Notes under the pieces: generated by a model
Told to the model about the DNA's origin: nothing
Database searches by the model: none
Seen by the model: the letters and a program-made list of their open reading frames with translations, nothing else
Translations under genes and position numbers: made by a program
Part shown: in pieces, positions 1 through 8,783 of the stretch
Numbering within the stretch: position 1 is the first letter of the stretch
How the letters are laid out: each line of letters begins with the position of its first letter
NCBI RefSeq assembly: GCF_000334495.1
Contig: NW_006201235.1
Location: 307,644 to 325,800, forward strand
Source: Tupaia chinensis
Taxonomy: Eukaryota
DNA: 18,157 bases
Reading direction: 5' to 3'

Positions 1-237
1 AGCTGTCCTTTTCTCAAGTACCAAGTGTCACCCCCACCTCACTGTCAGTGAGGACCAAGCCTCCTCCAGAGAGGACCTGGGCAATTCACCTCACCTCTCT
101 GTCCTTCTAAGGGAAACCCATCCCTGTATACCGGAAAGTCTCCCCAAGGAACCCATGGGGAAAACTGAAAGGATTACTGGGATAGCGATCCCAGAAAGAT
201 TAGGGAAGGAGAAGACACTGAGTCTGCACTGAGTATG

Positions 238-468
238 TGAGATAAATGGGCGTAAGTGCTCACGGGAGAGAGAGAGAGACAGAGAGAGGGAAAGTAGAAA
301 TCAGCCTCCATGGGGGATAGCCACCCTGAAATCCCTTCTCTAGTCTCCTCTCAGGATTTTGGGCACACACACATGCCTGGCATGAGTCTCAAGCCACCAG
401 GTCTGGGGCTTGAACCATGGTTGACCATGTGGGGGTGAGCATCTTAACTACTACACCACCTGCCCCCA
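238..468 (-). mobile_element. tRNA-derived SINE, full-length copy (head + body + CT-rich tail)
   Basis: Reverse complement reads ggcaggtggtgtagtagttaagatgctcacccccacatggtcaaccatggttcaagccccagacctggtggcttgagactcatgccaggcatgtgtgtgtgcccaaaatcctgagaggag...ctctctgtctctctctctctccc. Box A-like GTAGTAGTTAAG, box B-like GGTTCAAGCCC. Confidence 0.8.
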
Positions 469-602
469 TTTGGAAATGATTTTTTAAATTTGCGCATGCA
501 TGTATACATTCCCACACACTCATACACATACATGTAAGAAAGGTAGTAGCATAATTAAGAGGGACCGTGATGCCGCAGCCCTGCCCACTTGCCCAGCAGT
601 AC

Positions 603-815
603 CTGAGGCAGAAGCCAAGATCTCCTGGGAGGTGGCCAGTCCCAGCACGGGCTTCCGGTATCTGGACAGGACCCAGAGGGACTGCAGGGAGCTCCTCCTG
701 AGTGCCCAGCCCTGCAGGGACCCATCTTCTGCACCACTCACCAGCACCTCAGGACTCAGCCAGGCCAGCGCAGACACGGCCACGTCTAGCGCTTGGCACT
801 GAGCCTGCTGAGAAC
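603..815 (-). CDS. TEP1: TEP1 coding exon, WD40-repeat region (phase 1 in, 1 out)
   Basis: Reverse-complement translation: GSQQAQCQALDVAVSALAWLSPEVLVSGAEDGSLQGWALRRSSLQSLWVLSRYRKPVLGLATSQEILASAS. Acceptor tttccttcattctctag|GT, donor CAG|gtactg. Phase continuous with the exon at 920-1073. Confidence 0.75.
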
Positions 816-919
816 CTAGAGAATGAAGGAAACGTGCGAGTAGGCCATGTGGAAAGGGGTTAGGGTGGGGAGCTCCCTTCTTCCAAAGGTTCAGAAAACC
901 AGCCATTCCCCTTCAGTAC

Positions 920-1073
920 CTGAAGACACTTTGTAGATCCTAATGCCATCTGCTCGGTACCCAACGGCCACCCAACTGCCGTCTGGGCTAAGAGCCACGG
1001 AGAGGGCAGGGGAGAGAGATGAGGAACCTAGGCATCCACGAGGCTGGCCCAGAGACCCTGACCACACTTGAAC
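920..1073 (-). CDS. TEP1: TEP1 coding exon, WD40-repeat region (phase 0 in, 1 out)
   Basis: Translation: VQVWSGSLGQPRGCLGSSSLSPALSVALSPDGSWVAVGYRADGIRIYKVSS. Acceptor ctttcctcggcccccag|GTT, donor TCAG|gtactg. Confidence 0.8.
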
Positions 1074-1310
1074 CTGGGGGCCGAGGAAAGAGTTTAAAGA
1101 CACCCCACCACACCTTAGTCCTTCCCCCCAGAGGTAGAGCCACTGCCATTGAAGTCTCCTTCTACAGTCTTCTAAGTCTGTCCCTGTACACATACCCGCA
1201 TGCCTCTTCCCGTTGTTCCACAAAGGCCCCACCTCCACCCAATATCCCCAATATCCCCTGCCTCTGCGACTCCCTCCTCGCACCCCACCACCAGCCCTCG
1301 GTAGCCTCAC

Positions 1311-1523
1311 CTTGCCATCCTCTCCAGCTGTCAGTAACTGGCATCCAGCACGCATGAAAAACACACCAGCCACAAAGCCATGGTGGGCAGGGAAGGCAGC
1401 CAGCCGCACTCCCTCTTGCCAGGACCATAGCTCCACCATGCTGTCCAGCCGGCCTACAGCCACAACCCGTCCAGACACATTGAAGGCCAAGGTGCGGACA
1501 GAGGGCCCTGGGGCCCCCAATTC
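1311..1523 (-). CDS. TEP1: TEP1 coding exon, WD40-repeat region (phase 0 in, 0 out)
   Basis: Translation: ELGAPGPSVRTLAFNVSGRVVAVGRLDSMVELWSWQEGVRLAAFPAHHGFVAGVFFMRAGCQLLTAGEDGK. Acceptor ctacctcgctgtatag|GAA, donor AAG|gtgagg. Confidence 0.8.
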
Positions 1524-1674
1524 CTATACAGCGAGGTAGAAAGGGAAATGTCAGGGCTTGCTCTCAGCACAAGCCCAAGGTGACACCGAATGCTGATGTC
1601 TATCACTCCCCACCTTCTACTCTGTCCTCCTGGGCTCCCCCCCGCCCCCCCGGTGCTACAAAGGACCCTCTTAC

Positions 1675-1830
1675 TTTGGTGATGTTGAGCCCATCCGCCT
1701 GGAAGAAGGTGAAGCTGCCAGCCCAGCTGCCTGTGGCTATTAGCTGCCCCTCTGGATGGAAAGCAACGCAGTTCAGGGACTTGGGACAGGTGTGCTGGAA
1801 AGCCAACTGCCCACGGACTGTGTCCCATAG
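1675..1830 (-). CDS. TEP1: TEP1 coding exon, WD40 repeat (phase 0 in, 0 out)
   Basis: Translation: LWDTVRGQLAFQHTCPKSLNCVAFHPEGQLIATGSWAGSFTFFQADGLNITK. Acceptor ccctcctctcttccag|CTA, donor AAA|gtaaga. Confidence 0.8.
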
Positions 1831-2041
1831 CTGGAAGAGAGGAGGGCAAGGAATCGGGGTACTGAATACTGACACCCCAGCTTCTCAGTCCCAGTGATCC
1901 AGGAGCTGCCTAGTCCAGACCTCTGCCCTCAGCAGGGAAGGCCTTTGAGCACTCAGTAGCCTCTGCCACACGAGAGCACCACCTGCAGGGCTGACTCACA
2001 GTTTAGAGCCTTTGTAACCACCACGGCCCCCCAGTCATTAC

Positions 2042-2144
2042 CTTCAGGCATCCTCCCAGGCACACAGTGGCCAGGCGCCGGCGGGCTGCGCTCCTCAGGC
2101 AACAGCCAGTGATTTGGTACTGGTGAGCCTTGGTCTGCAGCACC
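2042..2144 (-). CDS. TEP1: TEP1 coding exon, WD40 region (phase 2 in, 0 out)
   Basis: Translation: (R)VLQTKAHQYQITGCCLRSAARRRLATVCLGGCLK. Acceptor tttgttttcctggggcag|GG, donor AAG|gtaatg. Confidence 0.75.
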
Positions 2145-2273
2145 CTGCCCCAGGAAAACAAAGTCAGGGCCCTGGGGCCCCCGGCCATAGGCTCCCCCCT
2201 CGCTCCCTTCCTCAGGGGCTTCTGGTCAATGGGGAAGGTTCTCACACCAAGACAATGTGAAGGGACCCCTTAC

Positions 2274-2398
2274 CGACAGCCATGCTGCAGGTCCCAGAGC
2301 TCTAAGAGCCCGTCAAAAGCCGTAAGAAAGAGGGCACTGTCCGAGAGGAACAAGCAAGAAGAGATCCCATCGCAGCCACTCACCACGGACTTCTCCTC
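2274..2398 (-). CDS. TEP1: TEP1 coding exon, WD40 region (phase 0 in, 2 out)
   Basis: Translation: EEKSVVSGCDGISSCLFLSDSALFLTAFDGLLELWDLQHGC. Acceptor ttttcccacttgctgacacag|GAG, donor TCG|gtaagg. Confidence 0.8.
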
Positions 2399-3020
2399 CT
2401 GTGTCAGCAAGTGGGAAAACGTGGCTCAGGCCACTTCTTGACCTGCCGTGCCCCACCTCTGCAGGCCACAACCAGAGGCCAAGGCAAGGAGGGCTTGAGC
2501 CCTTGGCTCTCAATGCCAGATGGAGCACAGGCTCAAGTGGGCCCCCGAGACCCAAGTAGGGGTCCTACCCCACTCCAAGCCCCATTTCTATTCCCCAAGT
2601 CACCGAAGACTGGATAGGGCTGAGGGAATGCAGCTACATGACGTGTATACATGGGGTAGAGAATGACACAACCAAGAAGAGAGAGGCTGCAGCTGTGCGA
2701 CCATGAGACTCACCTCTCTGGCCCAAGCTGCTGCTGCCTCCCGTAAGCAGTCATTCCCAGGAATTTATGCGGAACATTTGCTCAGGTTCCTCACTCAACC
2801 TAGAATGACTGCCTGTCTCCAGTCTGTGTGCTATGACTGCACAACTCACCAGCTCTTAATTATGCCACTATGCTTTGGTTCCTTTTTTACCTTGTATATC
2901 TTATCTCTCAACAAAAATTGACTGCATAATGGGAAAAAGACAACACGCTAAGCCCCGTACTCCCTACAAGGCTTAGGATAGTGTCTTGAATGGAAGGTGC
3001 ATAGCAAATACTTGCTGAGA

Positions 3021-3292
3021 GATTGATTTTTTTTTTTTTTGAGAGAGATTTTTGCTATAGGTTGTGTATGCTCACACAGAAAGACAGAAACAGAAAGTGA
3101 GAAATCACCCCCCAGGAGGGATGGCCATGTCATAATCTCTTCTCCTCCATTCTCCTCTTGGGATTTTTGAGCATGTATGCACACACACACACATGCCTGG
3201 CTTGAGTTTTAAGCCTCCAGGTCCAGGACTCAACCCGTGGTTGACTATGTGGGAGTCCAACGATGTAACCATTACCCCATCTGCTGGACCCA
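3021..3292 (-). mobile_element. tRNA-derived SINE, full-length copy with poly-A tail (seen as poly-T 3024-3040)
   Basis: Same body consensus (ggagggatggccatgtcataatctcttctcc...gcacacacacacacatgcctggcttgagttttaagcctccaggtccaggactcaacccgtggttgactatgtgggagtcc). Accounts for minus ORFs 2948-3190 and 3105-3293. Confidence 0.8.
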
Positions 3293-3453
3293 AGAGAGAT
3301 TGATTTTTTTGACTAAGCCCTGTGATCTGGATGTGAGAGTAGTAAAGTTACTGAACCAATCACGGTGTAACATGGGTTTGGTTTGTCCATGGCTTCAGGA
3401 TCATTTGTGAGGGTTTTCTGAAGATAAACTGCCCTACCTCAAGTGTCACATAC

Positions 3454-3577
3454 CTGCCAGGTTCTCAGGTCCAACAGATAAACTGTGCCACTGGCAGTGC
3501 CCACAGCTGCTCTCTGCCCACTGGGGGAAAAGGCCACTGCAGTGGGAGATGAGGAAACTGTCAGAGAAAGACTGGAG
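3454..3577 (-). CDS. TEP1: TEP1 coding exon, first WD40 repeats (phase 2 in, 0 out)
   Basis: Translation: SSSLSLTVSSSPTAVAFSPSGQRAAVGTASGTVYLLDLRTWQ. Acceptor ttcctttcttcctactctctccag|CTCCAG (a second in-frame AG lies 6 nt downstream), donor CAG|gtatgt. Confidence 0.75.
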
Positions 3578-3746
3578 CTGGAGAGAGTAGGAAGAAAGGA
3601 AATGAGAAGGAAGCACATGGGAACGCATTTCTGCACTTGAATCCCATTCTGCCAGTGATTCGGGTCTGTTCCTTTATTCTCCAGTTTCAGAAGAAGCTGC
3701 AGCTGCACTCTGTGGACTTTCCAGAGTCTGGGGTCAAGGGTCTCAC

Positions 3747-3987
3747 CTTGGCTGATCCCCCATGGTCTGGGGTTTATTAAGCCATTGCAACATGTGCTGG
3801 AGGTGCCATCGCTGGGACAGCAGAGGGGCCTGGTGGCAAAGAGGTGAGTCCAGAGGCTGGTTGGCTGCCTGCTGGGGCAGGAGTAGAGGGTACTGGCTGA
3901 GGACTGGCGCCTGCTGCCTCAGAAAGCGGCGGAATACATCAACGTCAGCCTCGGGAAGCTTCTGTTCCTCTTCAGGGACCAAAGAAG
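3747..3987 (-). CDS. TEP1: TEP1 coding exon, linker between NACHT-associated region and WD40 (phase 1 in, 2 out)
   Basis: Translation: ASLVPEEEQKLPEADVDVFRRFLRQQAPVLSQYPLLLPQQAANQPLDSPLCHQAPLLSQRWHLQHMLQWLNKPQTMGDQP. Acceptor tctgcctctctgatatag|CT, donor CAAG|gtgaga. Confidence 0.8.
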
Positions 3988-4212
3988 CTATATCAGAGAG
4001 GCAGAGTATCATTGGGAGCCAGCCTGGACCCTGTTAAACCCAGCACCAATAAAGTCATATGATATATCTAAAATATTGGGTCATCAGAAAAGTCATGATG
4101 CATTTTTGCATAGAAAAAAAGAAAAAACACGTCATGACTTTTCCATTGACCCAACAGTAAACCTCAAAATGTGGCCCTTGGACATATCAGAAATATCCAT
4201 TAAAAATACAAG

Positions 4213-4378
4213 GCTTGGGACCAGCAGGTGGCGTAGTGGTTAAGGTGCTGGACACTCCCACTTGGACAACCATGGTTCAAGTCTTGGACCTGGTGGCTTG
4301 CTTTCTCACTTTCTCTCTCTCTCTGGTCAAATTAAAATAAAATGAATGAATAAATAAAATAAAATAAATAATTATTTT
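4213..4378 (+). mobile_element. tRNA-derived SINE, short form (head joined directly to CT-rich/A-rich tail)
   Basis: gggaccagcaggtggcgtagtggttaaggtgctggacactcccacttggacaaccatggttcaagtcttggacctggtggcttgctttctcactttctctctctctctggtcaaattaaaataaaatgaatgaataaat. Confidence 0.8.
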
Positions 4379-4392
4379 AAAAATACAAGGCT

Positions 4393-4666
4393 TGGGACCA
4401 GCAAATGGCATAATGGTTATGTCACTGGACTCCTACATAGTCAATCGCAGTTTGAATCCTGGACTCGTTGGCTTAAAACTCACATGGGATGCATGTGCGT
4501 ACATACCCAAGGGCCCAAAAGGAGGATGGAGGAGAAGGAATTGTAGCATGGCCATCCTGCCTAGGGGTTGATTTCTCACTTTCTGTCTCTCTGTCCCTTT
4601 CTGTCTCCCTGACGAGCCCACAGGTCCTATAGCAAAAAAATCTCTATCTTAAAAAAAAAAAAAAAA
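4393..4666 (+). mobile_element. tRNA-derived SINE, full-length copy with A16 tail
   Basis: gggaccagcaaatggcataatggttatgtcactggactcc...ggcttaaaactcacatgggatgcatgtgcgtacatacccaagggcccaaaaggaggatggaggag...gatttctcactttctgtctctctgtccc...aaaaaaaaaaaaaaaa. Accounts for minus ORF 4433-4621. Confidence 0.8.
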
Positions 4667-4671
4667 GGGCA

Positions 4672-4717
4672 AAGCTTTGGGGCCACCGGATGGGGGGGTG
4701 GGGAGAAAACAGGACTC

Positions 4718-4752
<35 letters not shown>

Positions 4753-4815
4753 TCTCCTGAGCTCACATGCCCTAAAGCAAGTTTAAAAATAATAATGAAT
4801 AAAATTAAATAAAAC
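4672..4815 (+). mobile_element. 5'-truncated SINE fragment with (CT)n tract
   Basis: ggagaaaacaggactccccactctctctctctctctctctctctcttcctctcctgagctcacatgccctaaagcaagtttaaaaataataatgaataaaattaaataaaac. (CT)17 at about 4727-4762. Accounts for minus ORF 4644-4892. Confidence 0.6.
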
Positions 4816-5090
4816 AATATATATATTTTTAAAAATACAAACCTTTTGACCCACTCCAGATCTTGGGAACAAGAATCTAGGGACTTAGGCATCTGAAATC
4901 TGAACTCACTTTTTAGATAATTTTATGCCCGCTAAATAGTTTCAATACCCTTGTTCTAAGAGATCTAGGCAAAAGCTCTCCTGAGAATCAGTTGCTCACC
5001 CTCTTACCATTTCAGCTTCTTTCCCATTACACCCCCGAGTATGTCCAGGAGTCCCACACCTCACAGCAGCCTCACAGCGACTCATCTCAC

Positions 5091-5205
5091 CATAGAGGGC
5101 ATGAGCCTCCAAGAGCCGCGAGACCAGGCCCAATTCCAGGTGTGCAGCCACCACGTGGAGATTGGTGAGGAACTTCGCAAGAAGGTCACGGTTCCCGCTC
5201 TGGAC
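5091..5205 (-). CDS. TEP1: TEP1 coding exon (phase 0 in, 1 out)
   Basis: Translation: VQSGNRDLLAKFLTNLHVVAAHLELGLVSRLLEAHALY. Acceptor ctgactttcccag|GTC, donor TATG|gtgaga. The plus-strand ORF 5041-5298 is its antisense shadow. Confidence 0.75.
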
Positions 5206-5466
5206 CTGGGAAAGTCAGATCAGATTCATTACAGATGTGAAGAGGCTGGTGAGGAGGGAAGTCTGGTCTTAGACCCCTCCTATGCAGCCGGGACCTAGAC
5301 CTAGGAGCTGGGCCAAGGGACCTGAAGGAGGAGGGCAAGAAAACCAAGAGAGGGAGAGAGAGTTTGAGAAGAGATCATGGCAGTGGTGACGGTGGTGGAG
5401 GAAGGGGGCACCAAAACACAGACAAAGCTGTTGCCTGGGAAAGGCGTCCACAGGTCGAGGACTAAC

Positions 5467-5555
5467 CAGGTGGTATGGTAGGTCTCCCAGAGCCTCAGGG
5501 TGGCAACATCGGAAGGTACCGGAACCATCAGGGTCACATGTCTTCCAGAGCTGAG
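5467..5555 (-). CDS. TEP1: TEP1 coding exon (phase 1 in, 0 out)
   Basis: Translation: AQLWKTCDPDGSGTFRCCHPEALGDLPYHL. Acceptor ttctcgttgtctgatctcacag|CT, donor CTG|gttagt. Confidence 0.75.
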
Positions 5556-5738
5556 CTGTGAGATCAGACAACGAGAAGGGCTCAACCCTGCACAGTCCCC
5601 GAGATCAAGTACCGTGGGCTACAGGAAGAACTATAACCCCCTGGGGGGCAGGCAAGGAGGCCAGCAGAGGGAAGCATGAGCACAGTCCGGGTCTCTAGCT
5701 GCCCCCGCGCTGTCCAGACTGACTGGGGCTGCAGTCAC

Positions 5739-5872
5739 CTGCAACGAGGATGTGCGCTGTGCTCTGCAGCCCCGGCCTCTTCCCGTAGCGACGTTCAGCT
5801 GCTGTTCTCAGGGGCCCATCAGGGAGGCAAAGGCGGGCACCAGCGCGCTCCAGAGGGCCCTCCCCTAGCAAA
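5739..5872 (-). CDS. TEP1: TEP1 coding exon (phase 2 in, 1 out)
   Basis: Translation: SLLGEGPLERAGARLCLPDGPLRTAAERRYGKRPGLQSTAHILVA. Acceptor ctgccttcctcgctgaggacag|TT, donor GCAG|gtgact. CpG-dense exon. Confidence 0.75.
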
Positions 5873-6098
5873 CTGTCCTCAGCGAGGAAGGCAGAGGAGG
5901 GAGGAGAGGGAGCAGGCCTGTCAGTGAGCACCTGGCCAGCGGTGGGCTCCCACTCCCTCCTCAGATAGTGGTAACTGGAGCAGCAGCTCCTCAGGGTCTG
6001 GGAGACAGGGGCAGGGCTATCCAGGGTCATGTGGGGCCACAGCTCAAAGATGGGATGACACGGTGAGGTTGGAGGAGCTCAGTTGGGGCTTCCAGTAC

Positions 6099-6249
6099 CT
6101 GCGCAGACTCTGAACAAGATAGGCAAATGGGCCCATGGGTAAGGGGTCTCCACTGCTACCAGCAGCCATTGCTTCTTCCCAGCTCTTAGACCCCCTGGGC
6201 AGCATCTTCCATGCACTTAGCACTCCATGCAGCTGGTCCACAGTCAGAC
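6099..6249 (-). CDS. TEP1: TEP1 coding exon (phase 1 in, 2 out)
   Basis: Translation: GLTVDQLHGVLSAWKMLPRGSKSWEEAMAAGSSGDPLPMGPFAYLVQSLR. Acceptor agagtttcggtttccag|GT, donor GCAG|gtactg. Confidence 0.8.
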
Positions 6250-6402
6250 CTGGAAACCGAAACTCTGAGACCCCCACCAGACCATGCAGGGCACCCAGCC
6301 CCACAAGGCCCAGTCCCTCCTCAGACTGCTGCGGCGGCCCCAACTGAACCAAGTTCATTCGGCCCCTGAGCCCTCGACCTTCCAACCCACCCCAATACTG
6401 AC

Positions 6403-6535
6403 CACTACGTGTGACCTCAAGGGTGGCCAAGGCCTGCGGAAGGACATCAGGGCCATGTTCTTGCTCCAGGGTGCTCAGAATGTGCTGCAGCAGCAGAGGG
6501 ACAGTGGCAGGCAGGGCTCGGAGTCTCTCAGACAC
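6403..6535 (-). CDS. TEP1: TEP1 coding exon (phase 0 in, 1 out)
   Basis: Translation: VSERLRALPATVPLLLQHILSTLEQEHGPDVLPQALATLEVTRS. Acceptor ggtgtctctctcccctccag|GTG, donor AGTG|gtcagt. Confidence 0.8.
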
Positions 6536-6788
6536 CTGGAGGGGAGAGAGACACCGGGGCTTTGGTCACCAAGGGGGGTGGGGAAACAGCTTTGTGTATT
6601 GAGGGGGGAGGCAGCAGGAAGAACAACGGGGAGGAACGCAAAGTAAAGAGAAATGGATGGACAAGACAAGGGAACAACAGCAAGGTGAGGACGGGGAATG
6701 AGGGTCACAGATGGCAAACAGGAGGGCTGAGGATGAGACAAGGAACTGGGTGGGAAGTAGGATTTGGACTGAGAAGATGAGCACTGAC
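6536..6788. repeat. Polypurine (plus strand) / polypyrimidine (transcribed strand) tract filling a TEP1 intron
   Basis: ggggagagagacaccggggc...ggggggaggcagcaggaagaacaacggggaggaacgcaaagtaaagagaaatggatggacaagacaagggaacaacagcaaggtgaggacggggaatgagggtcacagatgg... About 85% A+G on the plus strand across roughly 250 nt, exactly between the exons at 6403-6535 and 6789-6881. Confidence 0.7.
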
Positions 6789-6881
6789 CTGCTCATAGAG
6801 CGTGAAGAGCCTCAGGTGATCAGTGACCAAGCGCAGGTAGAGTGGCAGACTGGACCCTCGCTTTACCAGCAGCAGCCGCAT
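6789..6881 (-). CDS. TEP1: TEP1 coding exon (phase 0 in, 0 out)
   Basis: Translation: MRLLLVKRGSSLPLYLRLVTDHLRLFTLYEQ. Acceptor gacttctctctctcatcag|ATG, donor CAG|gtcagt. Confidence 0.8.
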
Positions 6882-7413
6882 CTGATGAGAGAGAGAAGTC
6901 AGTGCGGACTCCCCTGCCTGCACCCAGCCCACTGCAAGGCAGCACCTCCTGTCCCCAGCATCACCTCAGGGCACAACCCAAGTCAGCCCTCCCCTACTCC
7001 ACCCAGCAAGCCCCTCTATCAGGAAACCTCTAGCTTAGCCTTCTCATTGACAACCATGGCTTTACATGTGGCCTCACCCTGACAGGCCCTAGGGAGGCTA
7101 TTCACCAGCAGGAAAAGGCTGGGTGATACTATAAGAAACCAAGGTTATCTTTTCAAAATTTTTTTTTATAATTTTATGGTTTTTGACTAAAACATTATTG
7201 ATTTTCTTCTATGCTTTGTTGCCCAGATTTAAGGATTTTTGTCTTACCTTAAACTGCTGACAGGTTCCTCTACCTACTGTTTGAACTAAATCCTAACCTT
7301 TTTCCTGGCTTGAAGTCTTAAGCAAATTTCTCTTAACATGTTTTTATTTTGATCTATTAAAACTAAGACTGTTTTTCTTGAAATTAAAAAATGCATTAAA
7401 AAAATAAAATACC

Positions 7414-7690
7414 TAGGGATCATCAGTTGGTGTAATGACTATGTCTCTGAACTCCCATACAGTCAACCACGGTTTGAGTCCCGGACCCGGTGGCTTAAAC
7501 TCATACTGGTTGCGTGTGCGTGTGTGTGTGTGCCCAAGATCCTGAGAGGAGACTGGAGGACAAGGGATTGCGGTGTGGCCATCCTCCCTGGGAAGTGATT
7601 TCTCGCTTTCTGTCTCTCTGTCTCCCTCTCTCTCTCTTTCTGGCAAGCGCACGCACCCTAAAGCAAAATGCTCTCAAAAAATAAAAAAAA
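7414..7690 (+). mobile_element. tRNA-derived SINE, full-length copy
   Basis: gggatcatcagttggtgtaatgactatgtctctgaactcccatacagtcaaccacggtttgagtcccggacccggtggcttaaactcatactggttgcgtgtgcgtgtgtgtgtgtgcccaagatcctgagaggagactggaggacaagggattgcggtgtggccatcctccctgggaagtgatttctcgctttctgtctctctgtctccc...ctggcaagcgcacgcaccctaaagcaaaatgctctcaaaaaataaaaaaaac. Confidence 0.8.
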
Positions 7691-8094
7691 CCTATGTAAG
7701 GACTGCAGTAAGGTATACAGCCCCAGCTAGGTGCTACTCTCTGAGATTTATGCCTAAAGTCAGACATGTATTCACGGATACGTATATATTAGCTGCACAT
7801 GCTATTAAAAGTATTTAGAATAATTAAGATCTTTACTGAATCAATAACATAGGGGGAAAAAAAGAGCAGTAACTATAGATGCCAGAGACAGTGTATCCGA
7901 GGGTGGGAAATGGCAGAGATGAGAGATATAGGGAATCAAGGGGGTAAAAAAAAGAGGCAAAATATATTAGAAATAAGAAAGGGAAAATCATTTGTTGATG
8001 ATAACACGTATGGTACTATCCTTGATTGAGCCACTATACAGTGTACTCTGGATGGAAAATCTCACTCTGTATATTGTAACGATGTACAGTGAAT

Positions 8095-8194
8095 GAATGT
8101 AAATAAATAAATTTAAAATTTAAAAAGTAAATAAAAATAATTATTTACTTAACTTTATTATTATTATTGTTACTATTAATTTGCTATTGAACAC
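8095..8194. repeat. AT-rich low-complexity tract (A/T-rich SINE tail plus simple repeats)
   Basis: aaataaataaatttaaaatttaaaaagtaaataaaaataattatttacttaactttattattattattgttactattaatttgc. Confidence 0.7.
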
Positions 8195-8338
8195 ATGTGC
8201 TCACCAGAGAGAAATACAGAGAGAGAGAAAAGGAGACAGAGAAAGTGAGAAAGCAAGCCGCCAGGTCTGGGACTCAAACTGCAGTCAGTCATGTGGGAAT
8301 CCAGCACCTTAACCACCATGCCAACTGGCTGGTCCCAC
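8195..8338 (-). mobile_element. tRNA-derived SINE, short form
   Basis: gagagagagaaaaggagacagagaaagtgagaaagcaagccgccaggtctgggactcaaactgcagtcagtcatgtgggaatccagcaccttaaccaccatgccaactggctggtccc, preceded by its AT-rich tail. Confidence 0.75.
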
Positions 8339-8479
8339 AGTTATCTTTTTAACAATCTCCGCAGAACAGAGGGCCAAGAAATCGAATGAGAAAAGTCTAT
8401 GCAGGGCACCTGGCAGAGTCTGCACCCTGAGTCCCCAAGGCTCCCAGATTCACCCCATAAGCCCTGGTCTAGATCAAAC

Positions 8480-8659
8480 CTGGTTGTTAAAAGGCGACTC
8501 CTCCAGCCGCTTCCCATAGAGCGCCAGCTCCTCTCTTACCAGCCGGGCCCGAGCAGATGGCTCCAGTGGCCCCAGGGCCACCACACGGGCACCTGGGCTC
8601 TGCTCGAGGGTCTCCCCCAGGCCTGAGTCACTAGACACACTCAGCACCAGATGGACCCG
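8480..8659 (-). CDS. TEP1: TEP1 coding exon, NACHT C-terminal part (phase 0 in, 0 out)
   Basis: Translation: RVHLVLSVSSDSGLGETLEQSPGARVVALGPLEPSARARLVREELALYGKRLEESPFNNQ. Acceptor tttgcccaaatatcacag|CGG, donor CAG|gtttga (weak donor). Confidence 0.8.
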
Positions 8660-8783
8660 CTGTGATATTTGGGCAAAGGGGCAAAGAGAGAAAAAGAAAA
8701 GGAGAACAGTGTCTGAGACTCCCCTGTCCTGTGTGAGGCATCCCTCCTCAGCCTGCCTCCCCTCACCTCCTCCTCACACTCAC

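Noticed and set aside
40-112. Possible next downstream TEP1 exon at the left edge (acceptor gggtttcccttag|AAGGAC, internal ORF QVLSGGGLVLTDSE)
   Set aside because: No frame is both open and phase-compatible with the 603-815 exon (phase 1 out), and no convincing donor is present. The next exon probably lies left of the window.
2948-3293. Minus-strand ORFs 2948-3190 and 3105-3293, and the analogous ORFs at 4433-4621, 7413-7767, 13467-13891 and 15230-15637
   Set aside because: They lie entirely within SINE copies. The peptides are repeat-derived (for example PRGEWRRRD from the CCTGAGAGGAGACTGG body).
5041-5298. Plus-strand ORF (85 aa) and similar plus ORFs at 500-802, 6284-6646, 6711-7082 and 9194-9525
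   Set aside because: They lie antisense to well-supported TEP1 exons or GC-rich introns. They have no splice or start context, and they are the expected shadow ORFs of a GC-rich coding strand.
6044-6098. C-terminal extension of ORF 6044-6535 (RRYWKPQLSSSNLTVSSHL) and of ORF 891-1520 below 920
   Set aside because: Read-through past good donors (GCAG|gtactg and TCAG|gtactg). The flanking exons' phases require splicing at those donors.
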